In this document: piece after piece, positions 1-9,597 of the stretch
Numbering within the stretch: position 1 is the stretch's first letter
How the letters are laid out: every line of letters begins with the position of its first letter
From: an uncultured Alphaproteobacteria bacterium
Lineage (GTDB): Bacteria; Pseudomonadota; Alphaproteobacteria; Caulobacterales; Parvularculaceae
Direction of reading: 5' to 3'
Assembly: GCA_902826095.1 (NCBI GenBank)
Contig: CADEDN010000004.1
Span: forward strand, 1 to 64,000
Length of the DNA stretch: 64,000 nucleotides
Position numbers and translations under genes: made by a program
The notes under the pieces: generated by a model
Databases searched by the model: none
What the model was told of the DNA's origin: nothing
What the model saw: only the letters and a program-made list of their open reading frames with translations

Positions 1-50
1 GGTTCGCCTTCACCGCAAACCAAATTGATTCGCGTTATTTGCGTGACGCT

Positions 51-476
51 CTAGTGCTTGCCGACGTCAGTGACCGCGAGGTCGCGTCGCGCGGTGACCG
101 TCGTCACGACGAGCCCGGCCATCGGGTCGAGGAAGGTCATCGTCAGGAAGATGAAATAAGTCGAATTGCCGAAGCCCGGCGCGAGGATGAAAAGGAGGAG
201 CGCCACGACGAAAAGCAGAAACGACAACAGGTGGTTGGTGATCGACGCGGTGCCGGCCTTGGTCGCGCGAACGAGTTCGACGAAGAGGAGGCCCATGCTG
301 CCGAGCAGAAACAGCGTTCCCCACGACACCCGCCAGACATCGCCGGAATACATCGGCAGATTGAGAACGACGAGGTCGTGCCAGGCGGCGCCGGCGCCGC
401 CGCCCATGCCGGTGACCGTCAGCACCGTATAAATGATGAGACTGATCGTCAGCAGCGGAAAAACCTGGAGAACCAT
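51..476 (-). CDS. small integral membrane protein (4 predicted TM helices), downstream of GT2 gene; GtrA/DUF2304-like candidate
   Basis: 141-aa ORF rich in hydrophobic segments, co-oriented with and immediately downstream of the GT2 gene at 518-1339. Confidence 0.45.
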   Translation of the reverse strand: MVLQVFPLLTISLIIYTVLTVTGMGGGAGAAWHDLVVLNLPMYSGDVWRVSWGTLFLLGSMGLLFVELVRATKAGTASITNHLLSFLLFVVALLLFILAPGFGNSTYFIFLTMTFLDPMAGLVVTTVTARRDLAVTDVGKH

Positions 477-517
477 ACCGGCCCTGCTCCCTTTATCCGG
501 CCCCCGGGCCGTCTGAT

Positions 518-1339
518 TCAGTCCACCCTATCATAGCCGCAGCCCGGCTCTAGCTCCGAAATCGTCAAAGGCGAGCGGGCGCGGGTTTTCAGCCACACCA
601 CGCCCTTAAGATCGGACAGGGCGACGGCGAGCCTCCCCAGATTGGTGTATTTCGAGGATCCGAAGGCGCGGGCGCGGTGGTTCACCGGCGCAAACTCGAC
701 TTGAAACCCCTCCCGACGCATCAGCGCTGGCAGGTAGCGGTGCGAATGGTCGAAATAGGGAAGCTTCAGATAGGCGTCGCGGTAGAAGGCTTTGAGGCCG
801 CAGCCGGTGTCGGCGGCGCCGTCGTCGAGGATGCGGCGGCGGATCGCATTCGCCAGTCTTGACGCCGTCTTCTTGGCGGCCGCGTCCTGTCGCACTTGCC
901 TTTCCCCTGCAACCATGGCGAGCAGCGCCGGCGCGTCAGACCGCGTGAGGGCGGCATGGAGGGCAGGAATATCGGCAGGGTCGTTCTGGCCGTCGCCGTC
1001 GATGGTGACGACGATCGGCGCGCGCGCGGCGAGGATTCCGGTTCTGACGGCGCGGCTCTGGCCCGCATTGACGCCGTGCCGCAGAACTCTGAGTTGGGGT
1101 GTCCGACGCGCGGCGGCCGCAAGTTCCGCCAGGGTCTTGTCGCGGCTGCAATCATCGACGGCGATGATTTCGAAATCGAGATGGGAGAGGCTCGCCGCAA
1201 TCTCCTCGACAAGCGACGCGGCGCCGCCCTCCTCGTCGAGCATCGGAATGACGACGCTGAGCACCGGTCCCGGCCCATAGGACCGCCTGACGCCGAACAG
1301 CGGCGCCAGCTCGTCATTTCCCACGATGTTTGGCATCAA
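518..1339 (-). CDS. family 2 glycosyltransferase (polyprenyl-phosphate sugar transferase, ArnC/DPM1-like)
   Basis: VLSVVIPMLDEE...IIAVDDCSRDKT...DGDGQNDP motifs typical of GT2 DXD enzymes. Confidence 0.75.
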   Translation of the reverse strand: MMPNIVGNDELAPLFGVRRSYGPGPVLSVVIPMLDEEGGAASLVEEIAASLSHLDFEIIAVDDCSRDKTLAELAAAARRTPQLRVLRHGVNAGQSRAVRTGILAARAPIVVTIDGDGQNDPADIPALHAALTRSDAPALLAMVAGERQVRQDAAAKKTASRLANAIRRRILDDGAADTGCGLKAFYRDAYLKLPYFDHSHRYLPALMRREGFQVEFAPVNHRARAFGSSKYTNLGRLAVALSDLKGVVWLKTRARSPLTISELEPGCGYDRVD

Positions 1340-1457
1340 GGCTCCGCAAGGCGATGATCGTCCGCCGGGGCTAGGTCGCAGAAAACGCCCTCTATTGAAA
1401 GTCTTGGCGCAAGACAGTCCCGGCGCGGGCGCCTATGGTGGCGGTCGAGGGACATTG

Positions 1458-3125
1458 ATGGGACCACCAACAAGCGCGGCGCGGCGGGCGCCTTTTGCGC
1501 CGATGGCGCTGATCGCCGCCTATGCGGCGCTGGTCGCGTTCGCCGGCGTTTTCACAATGCCGGTTCTCGATCGCGACGAGGCGCGATTCGCGCAGGCGAC
1601 CGTGCAGATGCTGGAGACGCGCGACTATGTCGCGATCCGCTTTCAGGACGACGAACGAAACCGCAAGCCGGCCGGCATCCACTGGCTGCAGGCGGCCTCG
1701 GTCGCCGCGTTTTCGAGCGTCGAGGCCCGTGACATCTGGGCCTACCGGATTCCCTCCGCCGTCGGCGCCGTGCTCGCGGCGCTCTTCACCTATTTCGCCG
1801 GGCTTCGACTGTTCGGGCCGAAAACGGCGTTCCTCGCCGCCCTCCTCCTCGCCTCATCGCCCGCGATCGCTGGCGAAGCGACGATCGCCAAGACCGATGC
1901 GATGCTGCTCGCCTGCATCGCCGCGGCGCAGACGGCGCTCATCCATCTTTATGGCGCGATCGCCGATGCGACGCGGCCAGGGCGGCGCTGGGCCGCGCTT
2001 TTCTGGGCCGCGACCGGGGCCGGCATTCTCATCAAGGGCCCGATCATCCTCATGGTCGTCGGACTGACGGGCGCCGCCTTGTTCCTCAAACGCCCGCGCA
2101 CCGACTGGATGGCGGCGACAAGGCCGCTCATCGGCGTCGCCATCCTGGCGGTGATGATCCTCCCCTGGGCGAACGCCATCCATGAAGCGACCGAGGGGCG
2201 CTTTTTCTCGGAGGCGATCGGCGGCGACATGCTGGCGAAGATCGGCGCGGCGCAGGAGCATCACGGCGGCCCGCCCGGCTATTATTCCGTCCTCGTCTTT
2301 ATCCTGTTCTGGCCGGCGGCGGCGCTGCTCCTCCCCGGCCTGCGGAACGCGATCGCCAACCGGTCGGACTGGCGCTACTGGTTCCTGATCGCCTGGATCG
2401 CGCCGAGCTGGGCGGCGTTTGAACTCGCCGCGACAAAGCTGCCGCACTACACGCTCCCGCTCTATCCAGCGCTCGCGATCCTCGCGGCGCAGGCGGCGGT
2501 CGGCGCGCTTCCTGCGTCGCGCCTCGAGCGGATCGGCGCGCTCGTCTATGGCCTTGTCGGCCTTGTCGTCGCCGCGCTCATCGCCGCGCTGGCGATCATC
2601 TATCAGACGGACGCGATCAAGACCTACGCGATCACAAGCGCGGCGGCGCTCGCCGCTGCAACGCTCGCGATCGCCATTCTCTACTGGCGCCGGCGCGCCG
2701 TCGAAGCGCTGATTGGCGGCGCGCTGGTCTCGGCGGGTCTCGCCTGGACGCTTCTCGCCGGCGTTCTTCCCAACCTTGAACCGCTCGCCGTGTCGCCGCG
2801 CGCGAACGCCGCCATCGACGCCGCGGGCCTTCATCCGGTCCGCGACAAGGCGGGCGGTGCCGTTCTCAGCGGCTATTACGAACCGTCGGCGGTTTTCCTG
2901 CTCGGGACGAACACGGCGATGGCGAAGGGACGCGACGCCGCCGACAAACTCGCGGCGCTGCGCGGCGCCGCCATCATCGAGAGCCGCGAAAACGCCGCAT
3001 TCATGTCGCGACTTGCCGAACTTGGTCTCAGCGCCGAACCCTTTGCGGCGATTGACGGCGTCAATTATTCGAACGGCGACGATGTGACTTTGACCCTTTA
3101 CCGTTTGCCGGCGCCCCACCCCTGA
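1458..3125 (+). CDS. ArnT/PMT-like family 39 glycosyltransferase (membrane)
   Basis: RDEARFAQATVQMLETRDYVAIRFQDDERNRKPAGIHWLQA N-terminal loop motif followed by multiple TM helices; start uncertain (ORF opens at 1326). Confidence 0.7.
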   Translation: MGPPTSAARRAPFAPMALIAAYAALVAFAGVFTMPVLDRDEARFAQATVQMLETRDYVAIRFQDDERNRKPAGIHWLQAASVAAFSSVEARDIWAYRIPSAVGAVLAALFTYFAGLRLFGPKTAFLAALLLASSPAIAGEATIAKTDAMLLACIAAAQTALIHLYGAIADATRPGRRWAALFWAATGAGILIKGPIILMVVGLTGAALFLKRPRTDWMAATRPLIGVAILAVMILPWANAIHEATEGRFFSEAIGGDMLAKIGAAQEHHGGPPGYYSVLVFILFWPAAALLLPGLRNAIANRSDWRYWFLIAWIAPSWAAFELAATKLPHYTLPLYPALAILAAQAAVGALPASRLERIGALVYGLVGLVVAALIAALAIIYQTDAIKTYAITSAAALAAATLAIAILYWRRRAVEALIGGALVSAGLAWTLLAGVLPNLEPLAVSPRANAAIDAAGLHPVRDKAGGAVLSGYYEPSAVFLLGTNTAMAKGRDAADKLAALRGAAIIESRENAAFMSRLAELGLSAEPFAAIDGVNYSNGDDVTLTLYRLPAPHP

Positions 3126-3172
3126 CACCGCCCCCGACACCGTCCCCGACACCGTCCCTGACAGGATTTTCC

Positions 3173-4645
3173 TTGCACGCCCTGACCTCCTATCTGTCGA
3201 CGCCCGGCCGCCGTTTCGCCGTCCTCGCCGCCGTATTGACGGCGCTGCGCATCCTGACGCTCATCGTCGGGCACCCGGATCTCGGGCCTGACGAGGGCCA
3301 ATACTGGTTCTGGAGCAAGACGCCCGATTTCGGCTATTTCTCCAAACCGCCGCTGATCGCCTGGTCGATCGCCGCGACGACGGCGCTGTTCGGCGACAGC
3401 GAGTGGGCGGTGCGGCTCAGCGCGCCGCTTTATCAGCTTGGCGCCGCCACTTTCATTTTTCTGCTGACCCGGCGTCTCGCCGGCGCGCGCGAAGCGTTCT
3501 GGGCCGGCGCGGCGTGGCTCACCTTGCCGGGCGTCTTTTTGTCGTCGGCGTTGATCACGACCGACGCGCCGCTGATTTTTTTCTGGTGCGCGGCGCTCTA
3601 TTTCTTCTTCGCGCTCACCGATGAAAGGGCCCCGGAAAATCGTCTTTATTGCGCAGCGGCGCTCGGGCTCGCCGTCGGGCTTGGCTTCCTCGCCAAATAC
3701 GCGATGACGTATTTCCTGCTTGGCGCCCTGCTCGCGCTCATCTTGTCGCCGGCAAGGCGCCGGCGGATGAAAGTCAGCGACGCGGCGCTCGCCCTCGCGA
3801 TCGCGCTCATCACGCTCTCGCCGAATATCTGGTGGAACGCGGCGCATGATTTCCAGACGATTTCGCACACGGCCGCCAACGCCGACTGGAACGGCGATTT
3901 CGGCCATCCGGACCGGCTTGCGAAATTTCTGCTCGACCAGTTCGGCGTCGCCGGCCCGATCGCGCTTGCGCTGGTCATCGCCGCCGCTCTCTTCGGTCGG
4001 CGCGGGCGCCCGTCCGACAGCGACGCCCTGCGGACGCTGCTCGCCTTCTCGATTCCAGTGATGACAATTGTCAGCGTTCAGGCCTTCCTGTCGCGCGCGC
4101 ATGGAAACTGGGCGGCGGTCGCTTATCCCTCGGCGATCATCATGGCGACGATCGTCGCCCTCCGCGACAAACGCATGATGGTCGCGGCGAAAGCGAGCGT
4201 CATCTTGCACATGCTCGTCGGGCTTGGATTTCTTGCAGCCTTCGCCAGCGCTTCTTTCGCGGACAGGATCGGCGCGGCGTCGGCCTTCAAGAAACTGCGC
4301 GGCTGGGAGGCGCAAGGCGCTGAAATCGCCAGGCTGAGCGAGGGCTATGACGCGATCATGACCGACGACCGGGAAATGACCGGCGAACTCGTCTATTACG
4401 CGCGCGGCGGACAACGGATCGTCGCGTGGAATTCAAACCGGTCGATCGACAGCCATTTCGAGGCGTTCCATGCGTATCAGCCCGAACGCGACAAGCGCGT
4501 TCTTTATGTCTCGACAAATGGCGACGCGCTCTATGTCCAGAATCGATTTGCGACAATCGAATTGCTTGGGAAGATCGACGCGGAAATCGGGCGCGGCCGA
4601 ACGCGCACGATCTATTATTACAACGTATCCGGCTTTCTTTGGTGA
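3173..4645 (+). CDS. second ArnT/GT39(83)-like glycosyltransferase (membrane)
   Basis: DEGQYWFWSKTPDFGYFSKPPLIAW motif and polytopic membrane body; paralog of previous gene. Confidence 0.7.
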   Translation: MHALTSYLSTPGRRFAVLAAVLTALRILTLIVGHPDLGPDEGQYWFWSKTPDFGYFSKPPLIAWSIAATTALFGDSEWAVRLSAPLYQLGAATFIFLLTRRLAGAREAFWAGAAWLTLPGVFLSSALITTDAPLIFFWCAALYFFFALTDERAPENRLYCAAALGLAVGLGFLAKYAMTYFLLGALLALILSPARRRRMKVSDAALALAIALITLSPNIWWNAAHDFQTISHTAANADWNGDFGHPDRLAKFLLDQFGVAGPIALALVIAAALFGRRGRPSDSDALRTLLAFSIPVMTIVSVQAFLSRAHGNWAAVAYPSAIIMATIVALRDKRMMVAAKASVILHMLVGLGFLAAFASASFADRIGAASAFKKLRGWEAQGAEIARLSEGYDAIMTDDREMTGELVYYARGGQRIVAWNSNRSIDSHFEAFHAYQPERDKRVLYVSTNGDALYVQNRFATIELLGKIDAEIGRGRTRTIYYYNVSGFLW

Positions 4646-4690
4646 AAGCGGCGGCCGGTTTCGCGGGCAAAGGCGCGCCAAACCAATGAT

Positions 4691-5665
4691 CTAACGGCGA
4701 TTGGCGGCGATCGCCGGCGACGCGGCCGTCGGCTGGAACGCGATCCGCCCGGGCGCGAAGACGCGCGACAACAGCGTCACCGCCGCCTTGACGCCGAACT
4801 GCGCCCAGAGCAGCGCGCCGACAAGCGACAGAAACGGCGCCGGGTAGGGATCGGAAAAATGCGCCTTGAAATAGCGCAGCATGCTGGAGGTCTTGCGCAT
4901 GTCGACGAAAATCGGATCGACCTCGCTCGAACTCTTGAAATGGAGCACCGAAACGGAAGGGTCGAAATAGACGGTTCCGCCGGCGTCCGCGAAACGCAGG
5001 CAGAAATCGACATCCTCGACATGGAGGAAATAACGCTCGTCCATGCCGCCGATCGACCAATAGTCCGTGCGCGGCGTCATGAAGCACGCGCCGGAAATGA
5101 CCGGCACGGGGATGACTTCTCCGGGGCAAGGGTCGCCGTGAAGGTTGAACCGCCGGAAATAGGGATGGCGCGGCGCAAGCCTATAAAGGCTCGTCGCTTC
5201 GACAAAGGCGCGCCATGGGGTCAAAGTCGCGCGCCGGCTGCCGCGCTGCTCGGCGCCATCGGGATCGATGATCTTTGCGCCCATGAGCCAGGGATGCGGG
5301 CGCATCGCGCCGTCGCGCGCCAGTTTCATCGCGCCGCCGGGCGGCAGGATGGCGTCCGGATTGACGAACAGAAGATGATCGCCGGTCGCCGTGCGGGCGC
5401 CGAGGTTGCAGGCGGCCGCAAATCCGACATTGCCGTGACCGCTGATCAGCCGGATCTTCGGGCCGTCGGTCTCGGGACCGATCGCGGCCTCGACCGCGCC
5501 CAGCGGGTTGCCGTTGTTGACAAGAATGATCTCGCGGACGCCTTCCTGCATGCGCAGCGCATCAAGACAGCGCGCCAGCACCGGACCCGTGTAGTAGGTT
5601 ACGACGATCGCCGAGACCACGACGCCTGATGTGTTGTTAGCCGGCAAAACTCGCCCCCGAACCAC
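4691..5665 (-). CDS. family 2 glycosyltransferase
   Basis: VVSAIVVTYYTGPVLARCLDALRMQEGVREIILVNNGNP N-terminal GT-A fold signature. Confidence 0.7.
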   Translation of the reverse strand: MVRGRVLPANNTSGVVVSAIVVTYYTGPVLARCLDALRMQEGVREIILVNNGNPLGAVEAAIGPETDGPKIRLISGHGNVGFAAACNLGARTATGDHLLFVNPDAILPPGGAMKLARDGAMRPHPWLMGAKIIDPDGAEQRGSRRATLTPWRAFVEATSLYRLAPRHPYFRRFNLHGDPCPGEVIPVPVISGACFMTPRTDYWSIGGMDERYFLHVEDVDFCLRFADAGGTVYFDPSVSVLHFKSSSEVDPIFVDMRKTSSMLRYFKAHFSDPYPAPFLSLVGALLWAQFGVKAAVTLLSRVFAPGRIAFQPTAASPAIAANRR

Positions 5666-5695
5666 TGTTTCGGCGCCTCTTAAAGCGGCGCTCTC

Positions 5696-6952
5696 TTATT
5701 GCTTCGATTTGTTTATGGAATATGACACCGCGCAGCCAAAAGCCGCAAGGGCAAAAACAGCAAGCCGCCAGACTTGCCACAGACTCGCTTCCAACATTAC
5801 GGAAATGAAAGATACGGATGCAGCCGCGATCATCGCGGCGAGCGATAAGCGGTCGATATTGCTGCGAAATATCGCGGCGGCGCCGGCTGTCAGCGCGACC
5901 GCGAAGAACATGACGCCGGGAAGGCCAAGCTCGAGCCAGATCTGGATGAAAACATTGTGAGGATGGATCGGGATCAGCGGCAGCGGCAGCGGAAAGCCGA
6001 CGACGTCGATCAGCCCGCCTTGCGCGTGCCAGGCCCGCGCGAAGTCCGCGCCGCACCCTCCCGGAAAACAATCGCCGAGCGCGCGCGCGGCCGCGACCTG
6101 CCAAAGGATGAGGCGCTGGCTCCACGACGCCGGCAAGTCGCCGTCAGACACCAGCGCGCTGATCGGCGCGGAGGCAGCGACGATTGGAGAGAGGAATAAC
6201 CCCGCGAGGAACGCAGCCGTGAGGAGGATCGCGGACAATCGGGGACGGGCGAGGGCGAGGGCGAAACCGCCGGCGCCGACGGCCAGCGCGATGACATTGG
6301 CAAAGACCGAGAACTGCGCCGCCGCGACCAGCAGCGCGCCGAGCGGCGTCAGCGCGACGACCCAGGATCCCGTCAGCCTGAACAAAAGCACGGCGGCCGG
6401 AAAGACAAGCGGCGCGATCGCGGTGACGCCGCGCGCCAGCGCGGTCATATCCTTCCACCGCAAGGGCGAGGCGTCTTCCGGCGGCAGGACGCTGCGGAGA
6501 TAGCCGCCGGACAAGCCCTCAAACAGCAACAGCGCGGCGGCGGCGCTGACCGATATTGCGAAGATTTGCGCGAACCGCCGCGCGCGCCGTTGCGTCGCCC
6601 GCAAGGCCTCGAAAACCAGCGCGCCGCCGGCAAGGGTCGCGGCGAACGCCGTCAGCCCGAGCCATTCGGCGCCGGGCGTCGGCGACCAGAAGGCGGTCGC
6701 GGCGATCCAGACGGCAAAGCCGCCCATCGACAAGGCGGCGACCGACAATGGGGTTGAGAAAATTCTTGCTGGCGCGAAAAGGGCAAAGCCCGAACGCCAG
6801 ATTTGAGGCCGCAAACCGATCGTCAGCGCGATGAAGCCCGCCGCCGGCGCAAGGCCGCGATGGCCGAAAACGGCAAGCCAGGCGACGCCCGCAAAGGCGA
6901 TCAGGACCATCGCATCGATCGCGCGGTCGAGCGTCGAGGGTTTTCCCGCCAA
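5696..6952 (-). CDS. O-antigen ligase/polymerase-like polytopic membrane protein
   Basis: 418 aa, ~10 TM helices with large loop, embedded in glycosyltransferase cluster. Confidence 0.5.
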   Translation of the reverse strand: MAGKPSTLDRAIDAMVLIAFAGVAWLAVFGHRGLAPAAGFIALTIGLRPQIWRSGFALFAPARIFSTPLSVAALSMGGFAVWIAATAFWSPTPGAEWLGLTAFAATLAGGALVFEALRATQRRARRFAQIFAISVSAAAALLLFEGLSGGYLRSVLPPEDASPLRWKDMTALARGVTAIAPLVFPAAVLLFRLTGSWVVALTPLGALLVAAAQFSVFANVIALAVGAGGFALALARPRLSAILLTAAFLAGLFLSPIVAASAPISALVSDGDLPASWSQRLILWQVAAARALGDCFPGGCGADFARAWHAQGGLIDVVGFPLPLPLIPIHPHNVFIQIWLELGLPGVMFFAVALTAGAAAIFRSNIDRLSLAAMIAAASVSFISVMLEASLWQVWRLAVFALAAFGCAVSYSINKSKQ

Positions 6953-6954
6953 TG

Positions 6955-8892
6955 TCAGCGACCGCGCAGATCAGGCGGCGTCGCCTCGTCGCCAAGACGC
7001 GCCAGCGCCTCGTCGAGCGCGGCGACGTCCTGACGCTCCGATCCAAGGCGGCGAAGCGACACCTTGCGCTCTTCCGCCTCGCGCGCGCCGACGACGGCGA
7101 TCACGGGAACCTTGGCGAGCGAATGTTCGCGCACCTTGTAATTGATCTTCTCGTTGCGAAGATCGGTCACGACGCGAAGGCCCGCCGCGCGCATCTCCGC
7201 GGCGACTTTCAGCGCGTAATCGTCGGCGTCGGAGACGATGGTCGCGACGACGATTTGCACTGGCGCGAGCCACAGCGGAAACTTGCCGGCGTAATGCTCG
7301 ATCAGAACGCCGGTGAAACGCTCCAGCGAGCCGAGGATCGCGCGATGCAGCATGACGGGCGTGTGGCGCGCGCCGTCCTCGCCGACATATTCGGCGCCAA
7401 GGCGCCGCGGCAGATTGAAATCGCACTGAAATGTGCCGGTCTGCCATTCTCGGCCGATCGCGTCGCGAACGACGAAGTCGAGTTTTGGGCCGTAAAACGC
7501 GCCGTCGCCGGGGTTCAGTTCCGGCTCGATGCCAAGTCGCTTGCAGGCGCCTTCGAGCGCGGCCTCCGCCTTGTCCCAGATTTCATCGGCGCCGATGCGC
7601 TTTTCCGGGCGCGTCGAGAATTTGACGAGCGGCTCCTCAAAGCCGAGTTCGGCGTACATTTCGAACAGCAGGCGGACGAAAGCGATCGCTTCATCCTCGA
7701 TCTGGCTTTCCATCAGGAAAATGTGGCCGTCGTCCTGAACAAACCCCCTGACGCGCATGAGGCCGTGCAGCGCGCCCGACGGCTCATAGCGATGGCAGCA
7801 GCCGAATTCGGCAAGGCGCAGCGGCAGCTCGCGGTAAGACCGAAGCCCTTGCCGGAAGATCTGCACATGCGCCGGGCAGTTCATCGGCTTTAGGGACATC
7901 ACGCGTTTTTCTTCGCCGCCCTCATCGACTTCGGCGATGAACATGTTCTCGCGGTAATTCTCCCAGTGCCCGGACGCCTCCCAGAATTTGCGGTCCATCA
8001 GCTGCGGGGTCTTCACCTCGACATAGTCCTTCGCCGCGATCTTGCGGCGGACGTAGTTTTCGAGCGTCCGGTAAAGCGTCCAGCCATGCGGGTGCCAGAA
8101 CGCCTGGCCAGCCGCCTCTTCCTGGAAATGAAAAAGATCCATCTCCCTGCCGAGGCGGCGATGGTCGCGCTTTTCCGCCTCCTCAAGGCGCGTCAGATAG
8201 GCCTTTAGATCTTTCTCGTCCTTCCACGCCGTCCCGTAAATTCGCTGCAGGACGGCGTTTCGATGATCGCCGCGCCAATAGGCGCCCGCGACCTTCATCA
8301 GCTTGAAGGCCTTGCCGATATGTCTTGTCGACGGCAGATGCGGGCCGCGACAGAGGTCATGCCAGTCGCCGTGCCAGTAGACCTTGATGTCCTCGCCGGC
8401 GGGCAGATCGGAAATGATCTCCGCCTTGTAGGTCTCGCCGATCGACTTGAAATGGGCGATCGCCTTTTCGCGCGCCCAGATCTCCTTGCGGGTCGGACGA
8501 TCCTCGTCGACGATCTCCGCCATCCTTCTTTCGATGCGGGCGAGATCGTCGGTCGAAAACGGTTCGGGCCTCGCGAAGTCGTAGAAGAACCCGTCCTCGA
8601 CATTCGGGCCGATCGTCACCTGCGTTCCCGGGAACAGCTCCTGCACCGCCTGCGCGAGGAGGTGCGCCGTATCGTGACGGATAAGGTCGAGCGCGTCCGC
8701 ATCCTTGCGCGTGACGATTTCAATCCTTGCGTCGCGCGCGACCGGCTGGAAGAGATCGGAAAGGACGCCGTCGACCCGCATCGCGACCGCCTTTTTGGCG
8801 AGCGATTTTGAAATCGATTCCGCGACGTCGGTTCCTGTGACCGCGCGGTCGTAATGTCGAACCGAGCCGTCGGGGAGTGTGATCGCGACCAT
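6955..8892 (-). CDS. thrS: threonine--tRNA ligase
   Basis: [15 protein letters not shown]... TGS domain, class II aaRS motifs; true start at ATG 8892 (ORF-track extension to 9150 is antisense of tRNA genes). Confidence 0.9.
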   Translation of the reverse strand: MVAITLPDGSVRHYDRAVTGTDVAESISKSLAKKAVAMRVDGVLSDLFQPVARDARIEIVTRKDADALDLIRHDTAHLLAQAVQELFPGTQVTIGPNVEDGFFYDFARPEPFSTDDLARIERRMAEIVDEDRPTRKEIWAREKAIAHFKSIGETYKAEIISDLPAGEDIKVYWHGDWHDLCRGPHLPSTRHIGKAFKLMKVAGAYWRGDHRNAVLQRIYGTAWKDEKDLKAYLTRLEEAEKRDHRRLGREMDLFHFQEEAAGQAFWHPHGWTLYRTLENYVRRKIAAKDYVEVKTPQLMDRKFWEASGHWENYRENMFIAEVDEGGEEKRVMSLKPMNCPAHVQIFRQGLRSYRELPLRLAEFGCCHRYEPSGALHGLMRVRGFVQDDGHIFLMESQIEDEAIAFVRLLFEMYAELGFEEPLVKFSTRPEKRIGADEIWDKAEAALEGACKRLGIEPELNPGDGAFYGPKLDFVVRDAIGREWQTGTFQCDFNLPRRLGAEYVGEDGARHTPVMLHRAILGSLERFTGVLIEHYAGKFPLWLAPVQIVVATIVSDADDYALKVAAEMRAAGLRVVTDLRNEKINYKVREHSLAKVPVIAVVGAREAEERKVSLRRLGSERQDVAALDEALARLGDEATPPDLRGR

Positions 8893-9074
8893 ATTGGTCT
8901 TCCTGCCTTGCGGGCGTCCGACATCCATGAGCGCGGCCGAAACGTCAAGTTTGGATGGACTTCGTTCGCGCCGCCGTGTAACGACGCGGTCGATTTTCGT
9001 CGTTTCGTTGGGGCTCGAAGACCCTTCGGGCGCGGGGCGGCCCTGCCGCTTTCGTGTTCCACGGCGAAGATCAC

Positions 9075-9149
9075 GCCTCAGTAGCTCAGCGGTAGAGCAG
9101 CCGGCGTAAAGCCGGCAGGCGGTCGGTTCGACTCCGATCTGGGACACCA
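9075..9149 (+). tRNA. atypical tRNA-like gene (class I cloverleaf, anticodon loop CGUAAAG: anticodon UAA but G33; C2:A71 mismatch; encoded CCA) - possible pseudo-tRNA
   Basis: GCCUCAG/UA/GCUC-AGCGGUA-GAGC/A/GCCGG-CGUAAAG-CCGGC/AGGCG/GUCGG-UUCGACU-CCGAU/CUGGGAC/A/CCA hand-folded. Confidence 0.45.
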
Positions 9150-9221
9150 CTGGATAGCTCAGTAGGGTAGAGCAGGAGACTGTTAATCTCTCGGTCGGGG
9201 GTTCGACTCCCCCTCCAAATT
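9148..9221 (+). tRNA. tRNA-Asn(GUU) with defective acceptor 5' strand (overlaps CCA of upstream tRNA-like gene)
   Basis: canonical D arm UAGCUCAGUAGGGUAGAGC, anticodon loop CUGUUAA, T arm GGGGG-UUCGACU-CCCCC; but 5' strand CACUGGA pairs only 4/7 with 3' strand UCCAAAU. Confidence 0.5.
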
Positions 9222-9597
9222 GGCCTGCAACGCCAACTTCGAAGTGTGGGGAGGCCGGGCCGTCTCGGCGGCGACCGCGCCAAAGGCATTAGCCGGCGGC
9301 GCGCAAGCCGCGCCCGGGAACGGGCTTCGCGCCGGCGCAGATGCCGGCGGCGGGAAAAGCCGCGAGGCGCCGCCTCCCAGGGCAGGACTTTCGGGTCTTG
9401 CCGCTGCGGGCGGCGCGGACGGCCGGCCCCGCCGCCTCAAGCGCCGGACCGCCCAGCTTTCGGGGAGACGGCCCGGCTTCTCTTTTTTTTCCGCTAACGG
9501 ACGATTTATTGTTTACACGCAGCGCCGATTGCAGTATTTCGCGCGCCCCTTTTTCGGCATTGGGCCGGAAAGGCGATAGAGAGAGGAGCGCGAAGTC

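Noticed and set aside
1854-4414. Long minus-strand ORFs (432 aa and 438 aa) opposite the ArnT-like genes
   Set aside because: Antisense to two membrane glycosyltransferases with strong motifs. Arg/Asp-rich composition is typical of GC-rich antisense frames.
8893-9150. N-terminal 86-codon extension of thrS in the ORF track
   Set aside because: It is the antisense strand of the two tRNA(-like) genes and GC-rich spacer. ThrS begins at the conserved MVAITLPDG (ATG at 8892).
9461-9490. Possible rho-independent terminator after the tRNA pair (GGAGA...TCTCTTTTTTTT)
   Set aside because: The stem is only 4-5 bp with a 10-nt loop. The T-run is suggestive, but the structure is too weak to call.
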